Shown here: positions 38,401-49,129 of the stretch, one piece after another
Layout of the letters: the number at the start of each line of letters is the position of its first letter
Position numbering within the stretch: position 1 is the first letter of the stretch
Assembly: GCA_950097015.1 (NCBI GenBank)
Contig: CATNEN010000033.1
Location: 3,596,001 to 3,660,000 of the forward strand
Direction: 5' to 3'
Length of the DNA: 64,000 bases
Source of the DNA: Macrostomum hystrix
Taxonomy: Eukaryota; Animalia; Platyhelminthes
The notes under the pieces: generated by a model
Told to the model about the DNA's origin: nothing
Databases searched by the model: none
The model's input: the letters and a program-made list of their open reading frames with translations, nothing else
Made by a program: the position numbers and the translations under genes

Positions 38401-39334
38401 ATCTAACCAATCAAAACCCATCTGATCAATCAAAACCCATCTAACCAATCAAAACCCATCTGATCAATCAAAACCCATCTAACCAATCAAAACCCATCTG
38501 ATCAATCAAAACCCATCTGATCAATCAAAACCCATCTGATCAATCAAAACCCATCTGATCAATAAAAACCCATCTACGAGCTAGTCAATCAAAACCCATC
38601 TGATCAATCAAAACCCATCTGATCAATCAAAACCCATCTAACCAATCAAAACCCATCTGATCAATCAAAACCCATCTAACCAATCAAAACCCATCTGATC
38701 AATCAAAACCCATCTAACCAATCAAAACCCATCTGATCAATGAAAACCCATCTAATCAATGAAAACCCATCTAATCAATCAAAACCCATCTGATCAATCA
38801 AAACCCATCAATCAATCAACCACACGCAGCTGGTCTGGCCGCATGGTCTGGGGCGCCTGCATCGGCGACGTCAGAGCTACCTGCCTGCCGATGGCGCGGT
38901 CGGAGCCGCTGCTAGCAGAGGGCAACAAGCACTCGGTCCTGACGTCAATGTCCGACTGCAAAAAGCTTGGCACCTACCTGTGCGAGAACTTCGAGATCCT
39001 CACCGCACCTGGAGCCGGCTACAAGCTGCTGTGCGTTATCGACCGCCTGTGCTCAGCCTACGTGCTGTCCAAGGACAACACCTACCGCTGGGACACCTGC
39101 GCACCTCACGCCATCTTGCGCGCCATGGGCGGCGGCGTGGTGAAGCACAAGCAGACGCTGAGCGCCGACTTCAAGACCAAGCGGGACCAGAGCGTGCGCG
39201 AGCTGCAGATCACCTACCACAAGGCCGAGCCCAAGGCTGCGGGTAGCAACGCCTGGTGCAACATGCAGGGCGTCATTGCCTACTGCGACGAGGAGGTCCT
39301 CGTGAAACTGGCCGAGAGACTGACGCGCAAGTAG
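27302..39334 (+). CDS. INPP1: Inositol polyphosphate 1-phosphatase, join(27302..27511,32744..32861,35888..36215,38830..39334), 386 aa
   Basis: AEKSAEVARAIR...DFKTLADVLIQEMI, GEENNKFTN, metal-binding WIDPIDGT, VTVLIG, GAGYKLLCV, WDTCAPHAILRAMGG. GT-AG introns with consistent phases; total 1161 nt. Confidence 0.95.
28608..29139. repeat. 29-bp minisatellite GTCTGTCAGGAACAGACACTGTCCTAGGA
   Basis: About 18 near-identical units in INPP1 intron 1. Confidence 0.95.
29965..31310. repeat. About 29-30-bp minisatellite TATCCCATTCTATCTCACCCAGCCAAAAA
   Basis: Direct inspection; INPP1 intron 1. Confidence 0.95.
32898..34068. repeat. 20-bp minisatellite with two variants (GGGTAGACAGTTTCCAAGTT / GGGTAGACTGCTCTAAAGTT) in alternating blocks
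   Basis: Starts about 35 nt after the INPP1 exon 2 donor. Confidence 0.96.
34478..35190. repeat. About 26-29-bp minisatellite CACCCTGACTGTAGAAGACTCAGAGACAC
   Basis: Direct inspection. Confidence 0.94.
35400..35453. repeat. (CAG)n microsatellite, intronic
   Basis: Direct inspection. Confidence 0.95.
36355..37170. repeat. 22-bp minisatellite AATGCACATTCAAACTACCGTC
   Basis: Direct inspection; INPP1 intron 3. Confidence 0.96.
37985..38820. repeat. 19-bp minisatellite AAAACCCATCTGATCAATC, ending at the INPP1 exon 4 acceptor
   Basis: Direct inspection. Confidence 0.96.
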
Positions 39335-40947
39335 CGCGGTCTGGTGTGGGCTCCGGACGCGGCACTTGATGACCCACCGATCGTCTCTTCTTGTTTGTCT
39401 TATTAAACTGACAGCAACTGCGCAACATGTTTGAATTTGATTTTTTGTCACCGCGTCTCAACACAGCCCCAGTCTTGCTGCGGCACCGTTGGCCTGTCGA
39501 TAGGTTCCAATGACTTTGTTTGTAACTTTGTTATCCAAACTTTGAGCTTGCTTCAGAATTTCAGTTTGTCAGCCTTTATATCCTGATGCTTGCAGACACT
39601 GGTGTACATTAGGCTAGTTCGCTTGAGACTGTACATGTACACCATTCCTACCCCTTGGTTCAAAATTACCAGTAGCCAACCTCAAATTCGTGCACTAGCC
39701 AGAGCTGCAGATACCTGGCTAAACCTAACCATAAATTGTTTCTCGAAGTGTTTACTCTGTCCAGTAAACTTGCGATGAGTCCATCTGACTGTAACTCAAT
39801 AAGCTCCATTTATTCGCTGTCTACTCGTATGCTACTTGCTTTTGCTTTGAAATGGCCATGTTTTTGCTGCCTAATTCGTTTAATGATTGAAATGTCTACG
39901 TGTACTTTTGAGGCGGAGTTTAATTTAAATTAGGTTTGTCTAATAGACAGATAGCCTCTCCCATGCTTATGCAAGGCTCACGAAAATCTGGAAAATGTGC
40001 CACCCAGAGCAACGGCAGAAATCGCAAAAGCCATTAATTCAAGAAAACGAATTGCCTATCACAAAGAACAAAGACTGCTGTGACTGCTGTGTACCATCTC
40101 ACTAATAAACGAGCTGGCACTTCTCAAGCACCTAATAATCTACCTACCCAATCTCTTCCCTTGTCTCCGCCTGCCTACCTGAACCGTTTTATTGCTGTCG
40201 TTTTGCAAGTAAAATTTATAGGAAAATAAATCAATTTTTATTTGCTCCGTAAAATAAATGATTTGAAAAGCATCGAGACAATCGACTTGCCGCCTTTTGC
40301 GCCCCAGCCTATCAGAATTCTGCTCCTCGGCAAGCTTAGCGAAGGACAGCAGCAGCAACTTTTAGAAAATGGAACTTTTTGTTGGGTTAGATCGGGGCGA
40401 TTCGGGATGGCCCACACCAGTCATGCGAGTTATAATCTGTGCTCTTATTTGCTTGGCAATTATTTATGCAACCAGAGGGTACAGCAGTTTAGGCCGGGCC
40501 AAAACCAGAAAATGATTCGCATTGTTAATTCAAAAATGGCTCTTGATTTGCGCATCGATTTGTTCGATAAACTACGAGCACAGCTTTTATTAGGAGGCAA
40601 CAGGCGGCTGCCATTTTCTGGTTCCATCGGGCGGCCTTCGAATTAATTGCTTGTTTGCATTGGCCTTGAATTGCCAGCCCACTGAGCAGCCACTTGCAGC
40701 CAGGACTGAGCACACAGAGCTGCCATGCAGTTAATTGCATTCGCAGCCTGTTAAATAGCATATTCAGCCTATTAATGAAGCTTGCATAAATGTACATTTC
40801 TACTCTAAGTAGAGTGTCAGGCAAACACCTGGTAAAATTCACCACGCCGAGATAAAAATGTCGCCACAAATGAAAGTCTCGAAAGCGAACTATAAATAGC
40901 AGAACGTGCGCCCGGTGTCAGTTGGCGGGCTAAGCAAAGCGGTTACT

Positions 40948-41020
40948 TCGTTAGTAATCTAATCGGTAAAGATGTTCTGCTTTTAACGGAAAATTGTTGG
41001 TTCGATCCCAACCTAACACT
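40948..41020 (+). ncRNA. tRNA-like cloverleaf (anticodon TTT, Lys-like); pseudo-tRNA or SINE head
   Basis: D stem ATCT/AGAT, anticodon stem TTCTG/CGGAA with loop CTTTTAA, T stem GTTGG-TTCGATC-CCAAC; acceptor stem pairs only 5/7. Confidence 0.5.
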
Positions 41021-41224
41021 CCAATCAACTGCTTGCGCAATCCTGCCTTTTGTCGCCAATCGCTCTTGTTGCCAAGGGCTAGCTGAGTGATCTGACTAAA
41101 AATGTACGCAGCTTTGCTTTTAACAGAAGGCCACTGCGGTATTTGAAAAACTCCAGAACACGGACTGGATATGAGCTAAAAGAACTTCCAGAATCACAAA
41201 ACATCGGCATTGTCGAAGAGTTTA

Positions 41225-41535
41225 AAGAGAAACTACCGAAGAGTTTAAAGATAAACTACCAAAGAGTTTAAAGATAAACTACCTAAGAGTTTAAAGATAA
41301 ACCACCTAAGAGTTTAAAGATAAACTACCTAAGAGTTTAAAGATAAACTACCGAAGAGTTTAAAGATAAACTACCAAAGAGTTTAAAGATAAACTACCTA
41401 AGAGTTTAAAGATAAACCACCTAAGAGTTTAAAGATAAACTACCAAAGAGTTTAAAGATAAACTACCTAAGAGTTTAAAGATAAACTACCTAAGAGTTTA
41501 AAGATAAACTACCAAAGAGTTTAAAGATAAACTAC
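41225..41535. repeat. 23-bp minisatellite AAGAGTTTAAAGATAAACTACCT
   Basis: Direct inspection; lies between the two tRNA-like units. Confidence 0.94.
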
Positions 41536-41622
41536 CGGATAGTCTAAAGATAAAGGAGAACGAGAGATAAATTGTAGGGCCACAGTCCCACGTGCTCAGG
41601 CAGGCTCAGCTCTGCGGCTACT

Positions 41623-41696
41623 TCGTTAGTGTTCCAATTTGGTAGGAAGTTCTGCCCAAGACAGAAAGGTTGTTGGTTCGAGTCCAACCTAACTCT
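41623..41696 (+). ncRNA. Second tRNA-like cloverleaf, paralog of 40948-41020 (loop CCCAAGA)
   Basis: D stem TTCC/GGAA, anticodon stem TTCTG/CAGAA, T stem GTTGG-TTCGAGT-CCAAC; acceptor 5/7; shares flanks with copy 1. Confidence 0.5.
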
Positions 41697-42407
41697 AAAG
41701 CCGCCGGCGCAATCCTGCCATTTTGAGAAACAGTTTTTCCAATTGAAGAGGGGCATCTGAGCAGTAATGTTGTACATTTCCACTGCAATATCATAAATAT
41801 CTCTGCCTTATTATGAAAGGCTTTGTGAAAATTCTGTCGCCGATATGTATCGAAAAAAGGAATAAAGATGATCAAATGGCATTAAGAAAGTTCTATTAAG
41901 TTAACGTACTGCTAGTTGACAACAAACTGACAGCGCTTATTTGAGTGCTAATATATATCTAAAACATGGAGTCGAAATATTGAAAGTAAATCCAGAATAT
42001 TTCGATACAAATGTGCGTTGCGGAATTATATCACAATGGCAATCAGTTCATTTTAAAACATGTGCGTGCGAATGTATATTCTAAAGATCGCATTTACAGT
42101 AAGTAATTTTAGCGGACCAATGCGAAAAGCGAATTTGATACAGGTGTGAATGTATCGCTACGTTTTTTTTGATTAAATCGTGTAGGATGCAACTTTCAAA
42201 GTGGATGTACAGGAAAATAGTTGCTCATTTTTCACGTGAAATCTACTTTAAGTAGCGCAATGAGGATATAAACATAATTACTAGTTTGCTAACTAAAAAA
42301 ATAATACCGATTCAGCTCAGTGTGAGAGAAGACATTGCAAATAAAAGCTTTATTGAAGCAATTTAAATAATTCAGCTTGGAGACTATTGAAATCTAACCT
42401 GGTCCCA

Positions 42408-45375
42408 TCAGGTGTTCTCAGGGGTAAATCCCACACTCAATGACAGCTGGCCAATAATGCCAGCGTTCACCGTCACCTGATGCCGCGGCAGCTGCGGCTG
42501 CCGAGGTGGAGGCTCGACTGCGGCCTCGCCAATGCAGACGACAGTCTCCGAGTGGGCCGCCTCGTTGACACAGCTCTCCCAGCTTGAGCCGAGCGAGCGC
42601 GGTGCCGTTGTCCCGCTGACCTCGGCAACAGTTGCTATGGGAACCAGGTCAGCCGCCTGCACGTACTCGTTGTCACGGCAACGAAGCCGCTGATCTGAGG
42701 ATGTGCGAGACTGCGGCAGAATCCCCGGCTCTGACGCCTTCGGACCTCGCGCTTGATGAGAATCCTCGGCTAACTTCGCGACTTCCTCCGTTGACACCGG
42801 CGCCTTCGTGATGAGGCCCCTCAGCAGGAACCTGCTGGCTGAGGACATCAGACCGGACTCGCTGCCACGCCTTCGAGGACGTCGTTGACTAGTCGAGGAA
42901 GAGGAAGTCGACGAAGTTGACACGGACGACAACGGCTGCTGGTGCGAGGACGACGATGGCGTTGGCAGCGGCGGCCGTTTGCCGCGGCAGGATGCCACGG
43001 AGGAATCGGCGAGGCAGCCGACGCCGATGGCGACTCCGAATAGGAAGGCGATGAGGCTGGCGCCGACCAGGGCGCCGAGGAAGGCGCCGGTGCCGATGCC
43101 TGCGCTGGCCATGCCGTCAGGGGACGCTTCGTCCGACCTCCCGGAGCCGCGGCCACCTACAGAGCTCAGATGACGCGGGTCGTGCTGCACGGCAGGCGGG
43201 CTTAGCGGCAGGCCTCTCAGGCTTGCGACTGCTGTGAGGAGTGAGGTGGTGTTGTAGTCTTTGTTAATGATTTTATTGTCTTTGTTGATGACTGTGTCGT
43301 CTTTGTTAATGTCGGTGTTGTTGTCTTTGCTGATTTCTGTGTTGTTGTCTTTGTTAATGGCTCTGTTGTTGTCTTTGTTGATGGCTGCGTTGTTGTCATT
43401 TGTTGATGGCTGTGTTGTTGTCATTTGTTGATGGATGTGTTGTTGTCTTTGTTGATGGCTGTGTTGTTGTCTTTGTTGATGGCTGTGTTGTTGTCTTCGT
43501 TGATGGCTGTGTTGTTGTCTTCGTTGATGGATGTGTTGTTGTCTTTGTTGATGGCTCTGTTGTTGTCTTTGTTGATGGCTGCGTTGTTGTCATTTGTTGA
43601 TGGCTGTGTTGTTGTCATTTGTTGATGGCTGTGTTGTTGTCATTTGTTGATGGATGTGTTGTTGTCATTTGTTGATGGATGTGTTGTTGTCTTTGTTGAT
43701 GGCTGTGTTGTTGTCTTTGTTGATGGATGTGTTGTTGTCTTAGTTGATGGCTGTGTTGTTGTCTTTGTTGATGGCTGTGTTGTTGTCTTCGTTGATGGAT
43801 GTGTTGTTGTCTTAGTTGATGGCTGTGCTGTTGTCTTTGTTGATGGCTGCGTTGTTGTCATTTGTTGATGGCTGTGTTGTTGTCATTTGTTGATGGCTGT
43901 GTTGTTGTCTTTGTTGATGGATGTGTTGTTGTCTTTGTTGATGGCTGTGTTGTTGTCTTTGTTGATGGCTGTGTTGTTGTCTTTGTTGATGGATGTGTTG
44001 TTGTCTTTGTTGATGGATGTGTTGTTGTCTTTGTTGATGGCTGTGTTGTTGTCTTTGTTGATGGCTGTGTTGTTGTCTTTGTTGATGGCTGCGTTGTTGT
44101 CATTTGTTGATGGCTGTGTTGTTGTCATTTGTTGATGGCTGTGTTGTTGTCTTTGTTGATGGCTGTGTTGTTGTCTTCGTTGATGGCTGTGTTGTTGTCT
44201 TCGTTGATGGCTGTGTTGTTGTCTTTGTTGTTGACTGTGTTGTTGTCTTTATTGCTTACTGCTTTATGCGCTTGCTATGTTGCAAAGCAGGCTTAGAAGA
44301 TTCTATTTGCAAGCTTTTAGAATCTTCTTAGAATTATTTTTTTGCTAGACTATCAGAGATCGTGATACAGTTTCCAGGATCAGCCGCGCCTAAGACGCTC
44401 GGCACTTAAAGTATTTTTAATCCTTAGGTTTGGGATCCACTTTTTAAGGAATGGACAGGTGAACAACAGAAGCGTCCCAGATTACACTGCCACGCTTTCA
44501 CACTCGCCGGAGGGGATTAAGCAAATCCCGAATGAGGATAATTCACGAGGAAAGACGATTAGCGACATTGTAGGAGGGCCTGACCCCGACAGGCGCCAAA
44601 TAATTGATTTCAGGTTGCAGATTAGGACAGCCGAATCTGCCACCTGCTGCACCTGCTGCGCGGCACTTGCGCGGGATTCGGGAATCGAAAAAACTGACGG
44701 GCCTGTTGCATCCGTGGCTTGGGCTGTGATTTTACCCTCGAACTTCGGCAATATCTTAAACCCCAACCCGCGTGTTCTCACCGTATCTCCTTTCCTGTCT
44801 TAGAATCTCCTCTCTCTCTCAGCTTCTCCTCCTCTCAGCTTCTCCTCCTCTCAGCTTCTCCCCCTCTCAGCTTCTCCCCCCTCTCTCAGCTTCTCCTCCT
44901 CTCAGCTTCTCCCCCTCTCAGCTTCTCCCCCTCTCAGCTTCTCCCCCTCTCTCAGCTTCTCCTCCTCTCAGCTTCTCCCTCTCTCAGCTTCTCCCCCTCT
45001 CAGCTTCTCCCCCCTCTCTCAGCTTCTCCTCCTCTCAGCTTCTCCCCCTCTCAGCTTCTCCCCCTCTCAGCTTCTCCCCCTCTCTCAGCTTCTCCTCCTC
45101 TCAGCTTCTCCCCCTCTAAGCTTCTCCCCCCTCTCTCAGCTTCTCCCCCTCTCAGCTTCTCCTCCTCTCAGCTTCTCCCCCTCTCAGCTTCTCCCCCTCT
45201 CTCAAATTCTCCCCTCTTTTAGCCTCTACCAATTGTTCTCTGCTAGTTCAGGAGAAGAATCATAGCAGCCGGTCCAGTTTCGGCTGGACCAATTAGTCGC
45301 CTCCAGGAGACATCCCCTCTCCTAAACTTCCGCTCGAAAAAGCAGTAGGCACGTCGTGATTAGCTTTTTGAAGCT

Positions 45376-45422
<47 letters not shown>

Positions 45423-48400
45423 CAGCTGCCACATTTGCAGAGCGGGTTTCAAATTGTACAACGCGACGCGGTTCGTTCACAAAAAATGAAAATGCTGCTA
45501 AAACTGGGGCCGATAAAAGAAAGGAGTAGACTTTTTCTTGGGCCATAGTTCATAATCTTATTGAATAGCAATAATAATGCTTGCTTTTGTTAAGTACGCT
45601 AAGAAATGTTCTTATATGGCTGACTCAGTTATTCATATCTAGAGAATTATTGCTGTTCAGATTGTATTCCTGGCACCTTCAATCTGTCATTCGCAGCTCA
45701 TTGAGGCTGCGAAATTAGAGAAAATACGAGCGTAAACACCCGATGCTGCAGCTCTGGTGCCTAGAGCTAAACCATCGTCTGCTTCTGCCCCCCCCCGAAT
45801 AAGCAATTGCGAGCTGGTGAGTCAGCGCCCACCCGGCCACCCACCCCAGCTCCGGATGCCGCACTCTGGGAACCAAGTCCCAGGCTAGGCACCCAGCCCG
45901 CTCTTCTGCCTAGTAATAAACAGTGAGATAATCAAAGGTTTAGCCTGTCTACTCAAGAGGGCTCAAATGAATGACTGACGGGGTGTGGCTCAGGCTGAGT
46001 TGCTAACAGAACACTCGGTTCTCGAGATGATGCAGCGGATTAAAAATTGTCTGAAAATATTCTCTCCGAGGAAGAATTGGAGCGAATCAGGTCATCCACA
46101 GGAAAAGATTAGCAATCCATTCTACTTCTTCATCCACAGGAATAGATTAGCAATCCATTCTACTTCTTCATCCACAGGAATAGATTAGCAATCCATTCTA
46201 ATTCTTCATCCACAGGAATAGATTAGCAATCCATTCTACTTCTTCATCCACAGGAATAGATTAGCAATCCATTCTAATTCTTCATACACAGGAATAGATT
46301 AGCAATCCTTTCTAATTCTTCATCCACAGTAATAGATTAGCAATCCATTCTACTTCTTCATCCACAGGAATAGATTAGCAATCCATTCTACTTCTTCATC
46401 CACAGGAATAGATTAGCAATCCATTCTAATTCTTCATCCACAGGAATATATTAGCAATCCATTCTACTTCTTCATCCACAGGAATAGATTAGCAATCCAT
46501 TCTACTTCTTCATCCACAGGAATATATTAGCAATCCATTCTATTCCTTCATCTTCAGGGATAGATTAGCAATCCATTCTATTCCTTCATCTTCAGGGATA
46601 GATTAGCAATCCATTCTATTCCTTCATCTTCAGGGATAGATTAGCAATCGACTCTATTCCTTCGTCTGCAATGATCTCACCCGAGGTGTTTCTTCCACCT
46701 GCCGCAGCCGCAGCGCAGGCAGTTGTCGCAGCCGCAGCATCGGCCACCTCGGCAGCCGATCGACCTCGCAGTGTCGCCAAATCGACGCAGCTGCCGCCGG
46801 AGCCATCGGGGCTGCTGACCCAAGCGCAGAACGGGTCGCCGAGCAATGCGCAGTCCGCGCAGCCGCCGCCGCCGCCGCCACCGCCACCGCATCGAGTCAG
46901 GGGCACCGCGGAGGCGCCATCGGAGCTGAACACCAGCAGGCGCTGGTGCCGGACAATGGCCGAGTCGACTGCCTGACCTGGCGGCAGCGCCTGAAGGGTT
47001 TCAACGGCCGGTGACAGGGCGGTTGCGGCACTGACAACCAGTCTGGTCACCTCGCCTGTGTCTGTAGGAATGATTGACAGGCAGGATTGGTGACTCAGCA
47101 AGAATTGCGCCCAGCCTCTCCAGGCTATCACTATGTCTCCATAGTGATAGCTTTCTTAGAAACTTGATATTTTTTGCGCCCTCCAGGCACTGGTCATTGT
47201 GTAGACCCTAAAAAGCAACCCTCGATGCTATCCCAGGCACGTTGGAAACGGCACATACACATACGATACTGGCATGACAGTTGCAATAAAAGGTTAGGAA
47301 ACTTCCAAACAAACCCGACTCAAACTGCTCAAACCCTGGAACTGCTGATAACAATAGCTCTGCCCGAATAACAGCTTTGCTAGGAGAAGACAGCGCAGAC
47401 GGCAGAGAGATGGTAGACGCTTCTAAAAAACCAGAAAACATTAGACACTCGAAGACCGAGCAGCGAACAAAGCAGGGTGGCCTGAGCATGAGTATGCCAG
47501 TGCTCAGGCAGGGCGTCAGTCTGAGAACTGTTGGCAAAGGAGCAGCACTGACTCATCGAGGCCACGCGTAGGCTCGAAGCGAAAAAATTTGCCAAATTAT
47601 AATGAAATAGTGAGAGATACAGAAAGACAGGGTAAGTTTATCTGGCATGCCATAGTAAAGGACCCGGCGAAATTCAGTTTGGGTGTTGAGCACACAAACT
47701 CAACGAGACCCGGCTAAGAGGAGGGTCGTTACGATGGTCCACCCACCCCTCAGCTATCTCAGAAGTGCTGTGGGTCGCAGGTTAGTGATAAGCTGGGCAA
47801 AAGTGCCATGCCAAAGGCTGCGTGCGTGCCAACCTGACTGTCAGCTCACCCCAACCTGACTGTCAGCTCACCCCAACCTGACTGTCAGCTCACCCCAACC
47901 TGACTGTCAGCTCACCACAACCTGACTGTCAGCACACCCCAACCTGACTGTCAGCTCACCCCAACCTGACTGTCAGCTCACCCCAACCTGACGGTCAGCT
48001 CACTCCAACCTGACTGTCAGCTCACCCCAACCTGACTGTCAGCTCACCCCAACCTGACTGTCAGCTCACTCCAACCTGACTGTCAGCTCACCCCAACCTG
48101 ACTGTCAGCTCACCCCAACCTGACTGTCAGCTCACCCCAACCTGACTGTCAGCTCACCCCAACCGATGATTAGCTGGTCGAGCTTCACGCCGTCCACCAG
48201 GCTAGCGGGCAGGACAGTCAGCGCTGTCGGTCGTCGGCCAGTAGCTGCCTTCGGCGGCAGGACAGTCAGCGCCGCGGACACTACGGGCTGGGCCAGTAGG
48301 GAGGCCGTCCTGCTTATCAAGAGGCTGCTAAATCGATTCAGCTTAGCTTCGTCCGGAGTCCAGACGCAGTCGAAAGGTCGGGAGAAGTCGCTGCGACGCT

Positions 48401-49052
48401 GGAAATCCGCCCTGGACAGCCGGCTAGCCTGCCACGGCGACTGCCAGTTGAGGCGCGACATCTCGATGAAGCCTCTGTCGCCGCCACCGTCGCCAGACAG
48501 CATTCGCTCGGCCTCGGCCAGGCGGAAGCGGCAAATCGCCCGGAAACCATCCGGCGGCGAGTTCTGGCCCGCGAACAGGCCAATGAACTGGCCGCTGAAC
48601 ACCTCAGTGGCCAACTCTGCGGAAGGGTGGGTGGTGGCGCCGGAGTTAGTCGGGTGTCTATGGCTTAACCCGACCAAATTGGCGACTTGATTTGACTTGA
48701 TTGTCAATCATTTAGGCTTTATGACCAAATCTAAAGATTCCATGACTAAATCTAAAGTTTCGAGGACCAAACACAAGGATTAATGATCAGTTAGAATATA
48801 AATTTTACTAGTTATAAAATACGAGAATGCAGGAAAAATCTTAAGTAAAAATTAACTTTAATCCAAACCCAATTCTTTCTCTCCTAGGATCCCAGATCCA
48901 CAAACATTTCATTGCTCAATTTCCTTGAGTTGAGTTGACTGAGAAATAGACAGAGCAGTCAATAGGATTGCGGCTAGTATCTAATTTCCGCTGCCAATAT
49001 CTTTGTAAAGAGACCGGCCCTTCAGATCCCTTCCCATTGGATAGAAAATATG

Positions 49053-49129
<77 letters not shown>

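Noticed and set aside
44482-44781. ORF as a possible Ig-like semaphorin exon
   Set aside because: Purine-rich, weak acceptor, in-frame stop and no Ig motif; exon 46681 splices in phase directly to 43231.
35400-45421. Poly-Q or poly-C coding from (CAG)n tracts
   Set aside because: Both tracts are intronic and not in frame with any exon.
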